From Batkoa obscura (taxonomy: Eukaryota): a stretch of DNA of 64,000 nucleotides. The notes under the pieces are model-generated. The model had not been told where the DNA came from and ran no database searches. It saw only the letters and a program-made list of their open reading frames with translations. The stretch lies in NCBI GenBank assembly GCA_030770535.1, contig JASVEC010000001.1, forward strand, positions 310,001 to 374,000, written 5' to 3'. The position numbers and the translations under genes are program-made. Below are positions 1 through 11,612 of the stretch, piece by piece. Numbering within the stretch: position 1 is the first letter of the stretch; every line of letters starts with the position of its first letter.

Positions 1-293
1 TGTAAAATCTACGTAAGATGTTGTCAGAAAGATTTAGAGGCTTTATTAATGGTACGATATCAGGGAGTAATTCAGTTAAAAAGCCTCGGGTTGTCATGTT
101 GAAGAATCTCTTTCATACTCTTTGCAATATGAAGTTAGAAATTCTCACAGCAAATCAAAACAAGGAACTCTGAATTGATTATACCACATGATTTACGATT
201 AAATTGGTTACAAGACTACCACTAGCTTTGTAAACAAGTTAAATGATTATTATGTTATAATTAATCCGAGAGCTGATAAACCAATATTTCACA
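1..293 (+). mobile_element. Solo-LTR-like repeat, copy 1 (5' part outside the window)
   Basis: Aligns by eye to 58492-58822 (tgtaaaatctac...gttgtcagaaaga...aatccgagag...atatttcaca) and ends in TTTCACA like the other copies. Confidence 0.7.
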
Positions 294-625
294 CTGGGCA
301 CATATATTACATAAATCTGTTTTTTTTGTTATAATTTTAAAACTATTTAGTATATATTTAAAAAACATTAACCTAGCTACTGCTTTATCTTTTAAATCAT
401 TAAAATATTTGCCATATATCATTCTTCTACTTTTATTTAATATATGAGGGTGTCCGAATTGGTTTCAGAATTTAACTAGAAATTAATCCAAATTTTAAGT
501 TTTTAAATTTGTAAGTCTTAATATATGATTAGCTAAATTTAAAAAGCTTAAAATCAAATATAAAAATTTAACTTAAAAGACTTATTTTATTTTATTCATT
601 TATTTTATTTTTTTAATTATATTTT

Positions 626-983
626 TGTGAAAGTTGGTACTCAGTGATTGCAGTTAAAAAGTAGTCCTAGCTCAATTAACTGGCCGTAAGTCAAAAGGCC
701 TTAGTTTATGTAGCTAAGATAGACTTAAATCAATAGGAGTAATACGCAATAAGCTATGAGCTATGTAAAACAAATAGAATATAAAACATTGCTGTAAAAT
801 CTACGTAAAATATTACAAGACTTAGTGGCTTTATTAAAAGTACAATATTAGGGAACAATTCAATTAAAAAGCCTCGAGCTATCATGTTGAATAATCTCTT
901 TTATACTCCAACTAGTTTTGTAAACAAGTTAAGTGATTATTATGCGATAATCAATCATAGAGCTGATGAAACGATATTTCACA
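626..983 (+). mobile_element. Solo-LTR-like repeat, copy 2 (internally deleted), nested in the DNA transposon
   Basis: TGTGAAAGTTGGTACTCAGTG...ATATTTCACA; colinear with 58326-58822 except for a ~135-bp deletion. Confidence 0.7.
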
Positions 984-1075
984 GTGTTTTGTATTTTTTT
1001 ATTAACTTTTTAATAGATATATAAGACATAAATATATAATTATTTGACTTTATTTTTTATTAAAATAAAAACAAA

Positions 1076-2260
1076 ATGCAAGCTTTTATAGCTAGACTTC
1101 AAAATAAAAATTTTAAAAATTTCAATATAATAAGGAGAACCACATTATATAAACATTGTAATTCATTTATATTAATTTTAACAACTATTCATAATAACCC
1201 AGAGTTTATGGAATTTTATAATAAAATTAAAAAAAGAAAAGAAATGTTATTAAAGCTTACTATTAATAATAACAAACTTAACCAAGCAATGTATAAAATT
1301 AGTGCTTTAAAGGAAACAGAAAACAAAAACCAGCAAGTAGCATTATTATCAACTATAGCTTCAGTATATTCTTTTGATGAATGTAAAAGCTTTGGATTTA
1401 ATATAAGTAGAAATCAATATGACTATTCAAAAATAATGATAATAAATATTCGCCAGATAACATATATATATTAAATAAAAGTAGAAGAATGATATACAGT
1501 AAATGTTTTAATGATTTAAAAGATAAAGCAGTAGCCAAGTTAATATTTTTTAAATATATACTAAATAGTTTTAAAAATATAACAAAAAAAACAGATTTAT
1601 GTAATATATGTGCCCAGTATACAGTTAGAAAAAGGTTATTTGAAAATAAAATAAACACAGCGACAAAAAATAAAGCAGAGATAGAAGAATCTTTTAATAA
1701 AGAAAAAAGTTAATATAAATTACGTAAATTTCATATTAATACTCAAAAAACCATATTTAATGAAACTATCAAAAAATTAAATAATAAAAGCTGTATAATA
1801 ATTCTAGATTTTAAACAAAATATGGAAATAGGAACAAGACCAGATCCAATAAATTTAGATCATTATAATAAACAAGCTATATCAGTATTAAAGTCTGGCG
1901 TTTTGCATTTGAAAAATGATAAAACAATAAACTTTGTTTATTTTGATTATTTATCTGAAATATTAAATTATGATTCAGCATATGTAGGAGATTGTTTAAT
2001 TGATTTAATATCTAAAGAGCCTTTGTTTAAAAAGTTTACAAAAATTAATATATGGGCAGATACAGGAAACCATTTTAAATCTCAAGAGTTTTTACACTAT
2101 ATATTTAAAGAAATTCATAAAATAAATAGTAGTTTAAATATTAATCTTAATTTTTTTGCTAAGCGTTATAAAAAAATATAGTTGATAGACATTTTAAAAA
2201 ACTTTCATAATGGAAAAATAGTTTTAAAACATTAAATAAAATAGAGAATATTAATTAGTT
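1076..2260 (+). pseudogene. Transposase pseudogene (Sola2-like DDD)
   Basis: ORFs 1489-1713 and 1822-2181 are in one frame, separated by a single TAA. Motifs: DLCNIC, CIIILDFKQN, IWADTGNHFKS, and NFFAKRYKK-(frameshift)-IVDRHF, which resembles the FF..xHGK..xDG motif of this transposase class. Confidence 0.7.
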
Positions 2261-4308
2261 GATTTCAAAATTTGAGATTTTTATTAGTGAACATAATAAA
2301 ACTAATAACTCAACTGTTAATAATAGGAAACATAAAATTTTTAAAAAGTATGGAAGAAATAAAGATATATATAAAATAATATAAATACAAAGTATTAAAA
2401 AGTATTTACATTTTATCAAACCTAATAATAAACTACACTGTTATCCAGTATCTGATAGATCAAAAAAAGTGATAACTCTAATTAAAGCTATAAAGTTTAT
2501 AGAAAATACAAAAATTAAAAGATTAACCCCAGCTTATCTTACAAAAATAACTGAAATCCAAAAGTTTCAATATTTAGTAAGCAAGTAAGTAGCTTATTGA
2601 TGATAGAAATCAATTATTAAATGTTGACATTACTTAATTATTAATAGCTGTTAATAAATAAGTAAAGAGCAAGTAGTTATAATAATAAATAAAAATTATT
2701 ATATTGCTTGTATTATATAAAGATGGTTAATTGTAGTTTTAGGGCTAACTACTCTCTCCCATGTAGCTATTTGTTAACTTAGTGATATATTAATAATGTA
2801 ATTATAATATTAAAATAATTTATTTATTTGATAGCAAATCTGTAGTGTTGGCTATAAAGCAGTTAATAATAAATATTTCTTAATAAAGTTTTATAAAAAT
2901 ATATATTTATTTACATAATACGACTTTGATTAATATTAATATATAAGTTATATTAGTAAAGGTCTTGGTAATCCGGGAATTTGTATTAAATTTAGTAGAA
3001 ATTCCGCTAACACAATATAAATTATAATAAAATAATTTAAAACTGTGTTGGGTACTTTTGGTTTTTAATAAAGAATTTATTTTTACAGAATTTTAAGCAA
3101 AGTTTTTAAAATTGGATAAAAAAATGAAACCAATTCGGATACCCCATGTACTTAAATTCAATAAAGTAAAAGTATGATAATCAAATGGATATATTACAAT
3201 AAAAGCAAATATAATAAAGTGTACAAATTCTGAATAAGCTTTTTGATATTAAATCATTTTAAATAGTATATTGAAAATTAAGAGCTTAAACTGGGTACTG
3301 AGATAGGAATATTTTCTTCAATACTAAGTCAAATCACGACCTTACTGAGTAAATACCAAATTAGCATTATTGTTTGTTAAAGTATTTAAAAAATTCTGAC
3401 TCGAAACAAGACACCATCCAACGTTTATAAAAAACATTTTTTATAGTTATAAAACTATCTGTGTTAGATAATGGCATTAAACCCTTAATAAAGTTGCAGT
3501 ATATACCCCTATAAAAGTACACATTAAATGGGATAAAAACAGTGAAAGCAACTAGATACCAGGATGACTATGCTTAATAAAAGTAGAAGAAAATAATTCA
3601 ATTGGATTGTGATAAAAATTTAAGAATAGCATTAAATTTTAGATGAGTTACTAAGTTAGAAGCAATCAATTTTAAAGAGCTTTTATCCCTACCTGAGCTG
3701 GACAGTGTCTTATTTCATGTAAAAAATCATAGTAAGATAAAAAAGAGGAACCAGTAATAAAAAGCGGACTCCAAAGATATAAAGGCAAGACTAAGGAATT
3801 AGAGTTATTGAAAAGCTTTGGGGTGAGAAGATAGGGTAATCATTTACCATTGAAACCCTTGTATCAAGGAAGGTAGACTTGAGAAACTTGATTCCTGTTG
3901 ATAAGCTTTTTAATCTGCCGAAAGCTAAGAAAAATTCCTTTGAAATGAGAGAGTACCATTCATATAAAACTACTTCTGTAGTTTTAAATATATGATTTGA
4001 ATTTTTACGTATAACAGCTTTAAAAACATTTTTTAGGTAATTGCTATATTTTGCTATAAATTAATTTAAAAGTAAAATAATTATTACAAAAAATAAAAAG
4101 TTAAAAGCTGTTACATTTAAAAGCATATTTTTGTAATTAAATTTTTTTTTAATATTTTGAAATTTCATCTTATTTGACTATATTTGAATTATAATTTTTT
4201 AAATAAACTACTCCAAAATGGTTTTAATTTAAGTTGCTTTATATATATTTATATTGTCATATGTTTAATAAAGTGTTCGAACTTTTCCAAATATTTAAAC
4301 GTATAACT

Positions 4309-4393
4309 GGGGGTATATTTTTTGTTTAACAATTTTTCCGCACAAATAGCGCTTAGAAAATGGAAAAAATAATGAAACCAAAAAAACACCCCC
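4309..4393 (+). mobile_element. ~98-bp GRGG-ended MITE (small internal deletion)
   Basis: gggggtatatttt...aaatagcgctta...tgaaaccaaaaaaacaccccc. Confidence 0.8.
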
Positions 4394-4725
4394 AATTATT
4401 TTTTCCTTTTTATCGAGATAATTACATAGTTTTATCTTATAAATAGCGAGCTGAATAAGTATTTTGGGCTTTTATAAAGGTCTGGCATGTTAATAAGATT
4501 TTTAAAATATTACAAAGTTGGTAATGAAGGTTTTGCAGTAGCTCACGTTTATTCTATGAAATCAATTTTTTTTGACAATCCAGATACTGACTACTTTCGT
4601 AAAATATTTGATCATCTTTTTAAACACATTAAATTGAGCGATTCTAAACTTTATAATTCTAAAGATTTGGCCTCTAATTGTTTATTTACCTCAGCTTTAG
4701 GTTTTTTTAAATCTAAATGTTACAT

Positions 4726-4821
4726 GAGGGTGTTTTTTGGCTTTATTACTTTTTCCATTTTCTAAGCGCTATTTATGCGGAAAAACTGTTAGTAAAATTT
4801 TAAACACGAAAATACATCCAC
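4726..4821 (-). mobile_element. ~98-bp MITE
   Basis: gagggtgttttttgg...taagcgctattt...aatacatccac; flanks acat/atat. Confidence 0.8.
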
Positions 4822-5204
4822 ATATGTTTTATTTATTTTTTAGAGCATTAACATTATTTGTAATAAAATTCAATTTTAATATTTTTAATAAACCAGTAAT
4901 TAATTATGTAAGGTTTTTCCCTTTTGGCATACATAAAGTACTTATAAATAATGGTCTCATAGTTGTAATTTTTTTATAAAATGTATATTGATTAAACGTA
5001 TATTATAAATTTAACCAAACTTTTTTGAAATGGTTATTATCAAAAAAGGTTTATACAAATACCATAAATGCTATTTAAAAGACTGTAAAAATTCAACTAA
5101 AGACGTTGATATGCTACTATATCAAAACATATGTATTAAAGTATATAAAAAACAATTTAAACAATCCAAAAACAAAAGTATGATAGACTAAACTTTAATT
5201 ATGG

Positions 5205-6188
5205 TTAGCGAATATTTGGAATAGAAGTTGGTAAACCTTTAGGGTGCGGTTTAAGGGTTTGAGTTGGTCTACTATGTTTACGATAGTTGAGTTTTCTAAA
5301 TTGGATTCCTTTCGTTTCATCTTCACCCCAATCATTGTTAGCTTCAGAGTCTTCAGATGCTGGAGAAGCTTGCTCCTGAGGAATAGCTTGTTGCTGAGTA
5401 ACACCTTGTTCTTGGGTAACTGGAGCATCGGTATCAGGCTGGGTTTGAGGAACATTCTGTTCTTGAATTACTGGAACAGAAGGACTAGCCGAAGAATCTC
5501 TATAAGCAGGTCCTTTACCTAAACATTCTTCCGAAGTAACAAATTTAAAGTTTTTAGAGCGAATGATATCAATAATTTCACCAATCTTAGCTACTTTAGG
5601 GTCCGTTAAATCATGCTGTAAAGAGATAAATGATTGATTATTAACATCAGCTGTTTTCATAGCATCATCAATCGTTGAGAAGATTTTAGCTGGGTCAGTA
5701 TCTTTCACTTTCCAATCAAAGGTATCTAAATTGACGCCAACTTGAATATAATCCATCCCTCTTAAGATATTGTCAACCGCTTCACTAGAATCTAAAAACG
5801 GATTTCTCATATACCGAACTTTCTTTCCAATAGCTTTCTCAATGTTATCCTCTGTCTTTTGCATCTCTTCTTTTACTTTTTCAGCAGATAATTTTGATAA
5901 TTCAGGATGACTCCAAGTGTGTGAAGCAATCTGATGACCTTCATCAAAAGCACGTTTAGCTGTTTTTTTCTGTTCATCGGATTCTAGGTTGGAACCAATA
6001 TAGAAGAAAGTAGCCTTGACGCCTTTTTCTTTTAAGATGTCTAGCATCTGTTCGCTATATTGAGTTACACCATCATCAAAAGTTAAAGCAAATACACCAT
6101 TTTGAGTACATTGGGTAATCATCTGGGAGGTTACAATCTGCAAGAAGGAGCTGATAAAGAGTACAGATGGTAAGTTAAGGAATTTCAT
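5205..6188 (-). CDS. Secreted chitin/polysaccharide deacetylase (CE4, NodB domain)
   Basis: Signal peptide; motifs TFDDG, HTWSHP, RNPF, DTFDW and LQHD; low-complexity Q/E/P tail. Confidence 0.92.
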   Translation of the reverse strand: MKFLNLPSVLFISSFLQIVTSQMITQCTQNGVFALTFDDGVTQYSEQMLDILKEKGVKATFFYIGSNLESDEQKKTAKRAFDEGHQIASHTWSHPELSKLSAEKVKEEMQKTEDNIEKAIGKKVRYMRNPFLDSSEAVDNILRGMDYIQVGVNLDTFDWKVKDTDPAKIFSTIDDAMKTADVNNQSFISLQHDLTDPKVAKIGEIIDIIRSKNFKFVTSEECLGKGPAYRDSSASPSVPVIQEQNVPQTQPDTDAPVTQEQGVTQQQAIPQEQASPASEDSEANNDWGEDETKGIQFRKLNYRKHSRPTQTLKPHPKGLPTSIPNIR

Positions 6189-8277
6189 TTTTTAATTAAT
6201 CAATAATTAGAGTCAAGTTTATTACAAAGTAGTATTAATCAATCAATAATTAATAGAAAATGTTTTATAGTATTATTGAGGTGGGATCCGAGGGTTTTTA
6301 TAGGCTTTTGCTTCATTTTCTTTATAATTGCAAATATAATAGTTATAAGACAATTGTTCTATAACTATATTTTTATATATTGAAATAGAATATTTAAATG
6401 ATATTCCTTCTATTCAAAGTAAATTTCAGTAGAATTATAAATTATAAATATTAAAAATAATACAATTCAATGTTTGATACTAAGCTTAGGTTCATACAAG
6501 GCTTTTTGATAAATTATGTATAATTGATTAGAATGGAAAATAATTTCGCATCTGTCAGATGTATAAAATTTAACTTAATCATATTAAAGTTTAGAAATTC
6601 TAGGAAAATTGTTTGCAGTTAATTTTGTACATTTTGATGTGTGCAAATTTATTTTCAACACTGCTTAAAAATATACGGGAACTTTCGAAAAAGCCTTGTA
6701 TTGTTTTGTCTTTTTTTAGAGGATTGTGGCCTTTAAGTTCAATTCAAAACTTATAAATCCAATACTATGTTCTTATATCTCAGCCCTCTGTTATATATTA
6801 ATTTATTGTTTACTTTGTTTAGGTAGTTATCAATTTATACTCAATAAATGACTTCAATTATTTAGAATTTCATATATTGTGAGAATACCGAAACTATTGG
6901 ATAGAAGTTTATCATCTTAGTACAAACATTAAACCAAATGTGATATATAATACTTCTTTAATAATAGTTCTTTTTTTAATGATTCAAACTTTTATCTTTT
7001 AATAGAAAGTTCCCAATTTAAATAACATTAATTTATAAACATTCACTCTTTGATACTAATAATGTTTAATGAGCTATCCCACCAATATAATCAATTAGCT
7101 ATTTATTAATTCCTTAACATTCGTTAATAATAATAGTAGCGATTAATATTATAATATTATCTTGTAAACTTTAAACAATTCCACACCTTAATTTTTATAA
7201 ATTTATGCTTTAATTTTAGTTCATTTAATAGCATCCCTTTTAAAAAAGAATTGGAAAGGCTATTATCAATCCTTAAACAGAACACTTATTTCTCTGAAAG
7301 GGATTAGCCCTAAGTGTTTAGTTTATTGACATAAAAAATAAAAGCTTAAATCAACCAACCTAGGGAACTCATGCACCAGTGGGAGCGCTCTAGAAGGGTA
7401 GGGGTTGAGCCCAATAATATTTTATACTTGTAAGATTTGAAGAGTTTAAACGAAAGTAGATGGTACTTTGATTTCAAAGCGCTTCCAGCTAATTTGAGAC
7501 TTAAGTAGCTTATCAAAACCAATAAATATTTTAAAGCAGTATTAAGAATTTATCGAATTTTTCTAAAGCTTTACTGAAATCAATAAAAATTATCGATATG
7601 TATTTTTTACTTAGAAGATCTGTTAAAGCTATTAAAATAGGTATCAAAATACTATTAATTTAAAAAGCTGACTTTTTCTGACTTATGCTAAGGCTCAAAC
7701 TCAAGGCCTTTAGAAGAATATGGTTAATAGTTGGAGGTTTTAGTCACTTAATAATTCCATTACAGGGGGTTTTTGAAATTGAAAATTGTTGACTAAAATA
7801 ATATAAAAAAGTTTTATAAACAAAACGAGAAGTAATTTGACTTTAAAATAATAAACCAAATTATAACAGTAATATTATACTTATTTAACTATAGTTTTCT
7901 TATCGAACTATTTCAACTCAAGAAAAGTCTTGCTTATTTTAAGTGAAACTATATCATTTCAAAATGTCATTCCTTTAAGTTGTATTTTAAACACAACTCA
8001 TTCTTATAGCCCTGACTTCCAAACCAACGACAGCATCTGCTCAACGCACTTAAATTTATTAAAACATCAAATTAAAAGAAAACAAGACAAATTAATTAAG
8101 TTTCGGAAACAGAATGAAGGTAATAAAAAATGTAAGCTCAATAAAAATAGTATTATTATAAAAAATGGAGGTAAAATAAATTATCCTTAAAAATAGGCTT
8201 TAAGGCTTAGGCTTAGGCTTAAGCTGACAGGTGGTAAAGTTAACACTTAAATAATTGAGTTCCTGTTTTTTAAAAAC

Positions 8278-9883
8278 TTAATCATATCGACGACGTGAAC
8301 TACGGGAATTATCATTGGCTAAGCTTCGCCTTAAATATAATATTAAATTTAATACAAAAAACAATTTATACTTAGTAGCTTACTTATTATTATATTCATC
8401 TCTATGTTGACCATGGTTATAACCTTGATTGCGGCTAGAATTTAAATTGTTATGTGAATTGTATCTATCATTTGATCCGTTATAATTATGATTGTTTTGG
8501 CCACTTGAATTATAACGATGATTATTATTTCCTAAATTTCCATCACCATAACTATTGTTTGAAATATCTCTTGTAGAAGTATTAGTTCCTTGTTGATTCC
8601 AATTGCTAGAAGTTGGATTTCCTATATATGAACCCCCTGCATTTTGTGAAATACCATTTAATTGCCCATAACTGTTACCTTGGTTTAAATTATTGTTATT
8701 ATGAACTCGATTACGTTGCTGATATCCTGAATTGGATTGGTTTTGGTTATTATTGCTGTTAATATTTGTACGATTACGTTGATTATTTTGATTTTGTCCA
8801 TTGTTATCCTTTTGACGTCCATTAGCTAATCGAATAATTAATAAAAAAGAAAAAATAGTATACTGAAACATACTATTATTTGATGCTTTAAAAGGGTGAG
8901 TAGTTACAGCTGTATAATTGGTTGTACAGTTACGACCATCGATAGGACTAAATAAATATGTTTTAACCTTTATCTTTAATATGAAATTTAACTTTCAACT
9001 TACTAGTTTTCTAATTTTTCTTTAACAATTTTACAAGTCTCTGGATCCTTAAATTGTAAATAAGCCAAACCTCTAGATTTTCCATTGACTCTTAATTCTT
9101 GAAATGTCAAATTGATTAGAGATCTCTCATCCACAGTGGTGCTAACTATTTTACGTATATCATCTTCAGTAATCCACTAATTTAAAATAGTTAATATAAA
9201 AAATTTGATTATAAAAATAAACTATAAATAGATTAGTATATTTAGTTTACCCAATGTAAATTTGCAAGATGTAGAGCTGCTGAAACTGAGCCTCTTACAA
9301 AAGTATGATGTTGAGGTGATTCTATAAATTTAGTATAAATATCTATTTATTGACTATTAAATCAAACTACCATTATGATGTTGAGAATGTGATTGATTAG
9401 AATTATATAATCTATTTTGATCACGATTATAGTCGTTTTGTGAGGTATTACTGGGATAAGAATGCTTTCTATCATCAGAAACATTCACTTCTTTCTTGTC
9501 ATTATATGAAATATGAGTGCTCGAAGGTTGGTCTAAGGTGGATGTGGTGGGCTATAATAAGCCGATAAATGAAGGGAAAATAAGATGAATAAAATAATAT
9601 AATTAAAGAAAAATAAAGAAGAATGAAAACAAGAAATTTTAAGCTAGTTGTAAAAAGTTTGTAAAATTAAAAAACACAAATCACCTTTGTAGTTTCTTCT
9701 TGTATATCTGGTTTTTCTTCTTTCTCATATTTAAAAACTGCTGGCTCATCATAAGTATTATCCTGTTATTAATTTAGTTGTTAATCTTAATCAAATATTC
9801 GTATTTAATTTTACTAGATCCTCCAACCCTTCTGCATCGAAACCTACATCATCATATATATTAAATTCGCTATTATCTCCCAT
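8278..9883 (-). CDS. CPSF6/CFIm68-like RRM protein (multi-exon, hand-spliced)
   Basis: Starts MGDNSEFNIYDD. The spliced RRM reads ALHLANLHWWITEDDIR...FQELRVNGKSRGLAYLQF, matching the CFIm68 pattern NLxWW...ENxxNGxSKG. It is followed by an N/G/Q-rich region (ORF 8380-8871) and a last exon ending SRSSRRRYD*. All introns are GT-AG. Confidence 0.75.
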
Positions 9884-10397
9884 TTTTAGCTAATAAGATC
9901 AATGTTATTTAATTTTAATATATCAATTTTACATAAACTACTCACACCAAGTACCGAAATTTCTCTTATATAACTAAAACACTTAAAAGCTAACTTCTTA
10001 TTTTATGAACTCAGTTAATGTCAATTACGTCATAAATGAAGCGTGATTGAAGGAGTGTAAAAAGTACCAATTAAAGAGCTTTGTTTTATCAACTTTAAAT
10101 AATACTTGTTCAAATTTAACTGTTGTTAGTCAACAAATCTTTATTTGATTATTTGACTAAATAGTTTATGTAATCTAGGCCAAGTTGTAATAGCAAAATA
10201 TAAAAAGCAAATATCAACAAACTAAAATATAAATGATCAAAATATTTAACAACACTATTTATTAATAAAAAAATGATAATAAACTGATGAATATAGGCGT
10301 AGCAAGATAAGTAAATATTATTGAGTTAATAAATTATTATTTAATTTTAGTTCTGTTAAATAATTACAAAAAAACTGAACAAGTTATAAAATTAACA

Positions 10398-11612
10398 CTA
10401 GTTTTTACGACAATTTCCAGGTTGATAATCACAAGCAAAATGTTGATGATGACTACTTTTAGATTGACCATATTCACAAACTTCCAAGTAGTTGAACCAA
10501 TTTGAGTCCATAATCTCCTTAAGGCCACTTCTAAAATTAGGGCTAGGTTCAAGCATTTTTACAATAATTTCCCTAGCATCTTTGTTGAGCTTTTCAAACA
10601 TCTTACATTTTTTACTATCAAATCTTGTGCTGATATATTCTTTATAACTTCTATCTTGTTCATCGGCTTTATTAAATGGGATTCTTAAATTAATCATTGT
10701 TAAATAAACTATACCACAGGACCAAATATCGATAAGTCTAGCATCATATCCTTTATCAGAGTCTGAAGTTTTAGTAATCATTTCAGGTGCCATATAAGGC
10801 AACGACCCACGGATGCCCATAACTACATCACAAGGGGTATTAAAACCAGAACAAAAAGAAACAGCACAACCAAAATCTGTTATTTTTAGTACACAATTTT
10901 TATCCATGACTAGATTTTCTGGTTTAATATCACAATGTGCAATACCAGTTTCATGTAAGTATTTGATCCCATTTAATAGTTGTTTAAAACAACAATTGGC
11001 TTCTGGTTTATTTAAAATACCATTTGATATTATATGGCACATATCACCACCTGAACAATATTCCATAATTTGACACCAATGAGAATTACTATCTTTTACC
11101 AAATCATAAACTTTGACAATATTTTTATGATTTAAAGCTGATGATATACAATATTCATTGCCTACTCTTTGTTCTATATCTTTATGAGTTTCTCCCCATC
11201 GAGGCTTTGAAAATCGTTTAACAATCATTACTTTTCCGGAATCTCCCTCTTTTAATGAAGTTACTAAACCAATTAATCCAGTAGATCCTCTAGCTATTAT
11301 TCTTTTTTTAATTTTATAATTCGATTCTAAAATAGGACCCTCATACGTTTCTTTTTCTTCTTTTTTTGGTATAAAAGAAGACCATAAATTAGATAAAAAG
11401 CCTTTGGTTTTCTTAGTGGTACTTTTAGGACTACTATTTTCGGTACTTTCTGTACTTACGTTAGAATCCAGCTTGTCAGTAGTTGGTGTAATAGGTGATC
11501 TGCTTGAATTTTGTGAATTAACTGATAAGTCAGAACTCGAATTTGAAAGCCTTCGATTATATATAAGTGGTGGAGGACTTAAAGTAACATTATTATCATT
11601 TTGATTGTACAT
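10398..11612 (-). CDS. Ser/Thr protein kinase, fungal HAL/Npr (Sat4/Hal5-like) family
   Basis: EYCISSALNHKNIV, WCQIMEYCSGGD, HCDIKPEN, KITDFG, GSLPYMAPE, YDARLIDIWSCG; Ser-rich N-terminus. Confidence 0.88.
   Translation of the reverse strand: MYNQNDNNVTLSPPPLIYNRRLSNSSSDLSVNSQNSSRSPITPTTDKLDSNVSTESTENSSPKSTTKKTKGFLSNLWSSFIPKKEEKETYEGPILESNYKIKKRIIARGSTGLIGLVTSLKEGDSGKVMIVKRFSKPRWGETHKDIEQRVGNEYCISSALNHKNIVKVYDLVKDSNSHWCQIMEYCSGGDMCHIISNGILNKPEANCCFKQLLNGIKYLHETGIAHCDIKPENLVMDKNCVLKITDFGCAVSFCSGFNTPCDVVMGIRGSLPYMAPEMITKTSDSDKGYDARLIDIWSCGIVYLTMINLRIPFNKADEQDRSYKEYISTRFDSKKCKMFEKLNKDAREIIVKMLEPSPNFRSGLKEIMDSNWFNYLEVCEYGQSKSSHHQHFACDYQPGNCRKN

Larger units (their letters stand above)
446..3145 (+). 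mobile_element. Degenerate Sola2-like DDE DNA transposon
   Basis: TIRs GAGGGTGTCCGAATTGGTTTCA (from 446) and TGAAACCAATTCGGATACCCC (to 3145). Flanks are ATAT and ATGT (near-TSD). A broken transposase lies inside. Confidence 0.75.

Noticed and set aside
1711..1713. In-frame stop as readthrough, selenocysteine or an alternative genetic code
   Set aside because: It is TAA in a transposase that also has frameshifts, and all host genes translate cleanly with the standard code.
4309..4821. Composite transposon of two inverted MITEs carrying ORF 4487-4765
   Set aside because: Each copy has its own near-TSD (aact/aatt and acat/atat) and the outer flanks differ. The ORF has no recognisable motif and runs into the MITE.
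8200..8335. Telomere-like (TTAGGC)3 and a Helitron-like GC-rich end
   Set aside because: Only three units, and internal. The GC-rich part is the last coding exon of the CPSF6-like gene.
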